Below, piece by piece: positions 62,146 through 64,000 of a DNA stretch of 64,000 nt. The stretch covers positions 124,001 through 188,000 of the forward strand of contig JBEUKZ010000031.1 of assembly GCA_048128005.1 (NCBI GenBank), in the 5' to 3' direction. Position 1 is the stretch's first letter, and each line of letters starts with the position of its first letter. The notes below the pieces were generated by a model. It searched no databases and had not been told where the DNA came from. It saw only the letters and a list, made by a program, of their open reading frames with translations. The position numbers were made by a program, and so were the translations under genes. The DNA comes from Veleropilina oligotropha (taxonomy: Eukaryota).

Positions 62146-63338
62146 GGCGATATGTCTTCTTCTGATGACTCTTGTTTACTTAGACGATGATGTTATGGTC
62201 TACCGACTTGGGTTTTTTTCCACCCCATTACCATTTAGAAAACATGAAGTTTTGTGATGATGTGCAAATCAAAATGCCTTTACAATCTTCACAGATTTGC
62301 ATCTAATGGTATCCTTACCAATATCAGTTTTGAATACGTTGAGACATAACTGAAATGTATTGACAAAATGTAACAGAGTGGAAAAATTGGTAACGGAGTA
62401 GAAATATTTGATAGAACTGGTAAAAGCTTTTTTGCACAACTGAATTATCTATATGCTCAATAATAGGCACTTAGCATAAAGAGTTGATGCTAATTTAAAC
62501 ATGAATTTCAAAATTATTTTATGCATAATTAAAAGAAAACTAATAGTAACCGGTAACTCCTTCAGAAATTGCAGGACGATGGGACAGATACGTTTGTTTA
62601 CACCTCATCAGATTGGTAAAATAAAGTGAATTGCATATATTATAGTGTACCAGAGGGCTTTACTTAACATAAAATAGAATATATCAATTATGGTGATAAT
62701 TTCCATTCCGTTGCTCCTTCACTCCATTACAAGAAATGGTAACGGAGTGGCAGTAAAATGGTAACGGAGTGGAATATTTTTTCATGAAAATTGTTTGTAG
62801 CCATCATAGACTTGGGAACAATTTGAAGATTCCTGTTCTTATGCATGAAGCCATCTTTCACTAATTTATCAATGATCTTTAAAATATTTGTTTTATGTTT
62901 CCATGGTAACTATTGAAGGTAACGGAGTGGAGATTAAAAAGCATACTCATCTGATCCATCACATGTAATGGAAAATATTTGAGACAAGATGTTTGGCATT
63001 GCCATATGCAATGAATGATAGCAGCGAAGTTGGGGTTTACACAAACATTCTTTATGAATGGACCATATCTCATAGATCCAAGGCTTCTTCATGGGCAGCC
63101 ATGTTGTGTCAGCTGACTGTTCGCTGTCATTTTGTTTATAATATCGTTCAAAATGAATAGTTAGCTAACGTTAGGTGGCATATGCTAACGTTCGCTTCAA
63201 TTGAACTCGCCCCAGATGTCCTTGAAGATATTTTGTGACTGTACACAGTCAACAGTTATTTTTTTATTTAGATGTACCAAACAAACATGGTGGTTCTATA
63301 GATATATGAGTAAGAAGGTTAATTGTTGCTACTTGTCC

Positions 63339-63599
63339 CGGCCGCTTCGGCAGCACGGTGGGTAGAGTGTTCACTCTAACTTCACTGGATTGATTCCGCT
63401 AATGCGAACAGTAGTGGGTTCAATACCTGGCTGAGGCATTGAAATTTGTTCAAGTTATGAATCCCAGTTGTCCGTGACTGGCCGAAGAGGGCGGGTTTAC
63501 CCGGGCGACCGGGGTTTCCTCCCGCGATAACACGGACATGTCCTGCCTTGAACCTCGATGTTGTAAATATACAGGACATTAAGCATCATTCCTCCCTCC
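63339..63599 (+). mobile_element. Full-length SINE family A
   Basis: B box gggttcaatacc; TSD GCTACTTGTCC at 63328-63338 and 63600-63610. Confidence 0.9.
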
Positions 63600-64000
63600 G
63601 CTACTTGTCCGGGTGTTTCTGGTTATCACCATTGCACACAGCATCGCTTCATTTCATCATTACTCTTTCATGTCCTCAATTATAACATATAAATTGTTGG
63701 AGTGGCTATTATAAAGCATCATTTACAGGATTCAATCTTTCTCATCAAAGAATAATACTGAGACGTCATAGACATGACACTGGTCCACAACACCAAGCAT
63801 CCTGAATTCGATCCCACATCTTTCAAAGCAATGTTACAAATTTTTCTGGTATTTATGTTAAAAACAATCAATCTATTATTATTAATTATGGAAAAATTGC
63901 ACAAAATATCAACACCTTTGATGTAAGGTGTAATATCTAATTATAGAAGATATTTTTGTTTCTCCGACTCATTTTAAATAAATTTTGAACGTACACCATG

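Larger units (their letters stand above)
59817..63213. mobile_element. Old TIR element enclosing nested repeats
   Basis: ggggtgtgttcaacggaaacgaacgttag...gccacctaacg matches the reverse complement of cgttaggtggc...ctaacgttcgcttcaattgaactcgcccc; TSD unclear. Confidence 0.6.

Noticed and set aside
59596..64000. Remaining YRDC exons
   Set aside because: I could not find the expected C-terminal motifs (e.g. DGG, GSTV); they probably lie beyond the window.

Overview
AT-rich, repeat-dense animal genomic DNA. It looks like a lophotrochozoan invertebrate, possibly a mollusc, but that is inferred from repeat types only. Host genes: (1) a complete 12-exon CDK5RAP1 (MiaB-family tRNA methylthiotransferase, 574 aa, minus strand, 31089-54017); (2) the first three coding exons of YRDC/Sua5 (plus strand from 54467), head-to-head with CDK5RAP1; (3) a frameshifted intronless rhodopsin-class GPCR. 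Most of the rest is mobile DNA: a decayed Academ transposon nested in a LINE tail nested in a Helentron-like tandem-repeat element, a Crypton-like tyrosine-recombinase pseudogene with palindromic relatives, RTE and Tc1 remnants, tRNA-derived SINEs and many MITE/foldback elements with readable TSDs. Two items stand out. The first is a GC-rich virus/Polinton-like relic (about 12.8-17.5 kb) whose frameshifted pieces reassemble into one Rho_N + divergent PolB + SF1B helicase + HNH polyprotein, convergent with an integrase. The second is a stack of three elements separated by four identical 9-bp repeats (GTGCTACCC) in YRDC intron 1. All calls come from reading the sequence by eye; no database searches were run.
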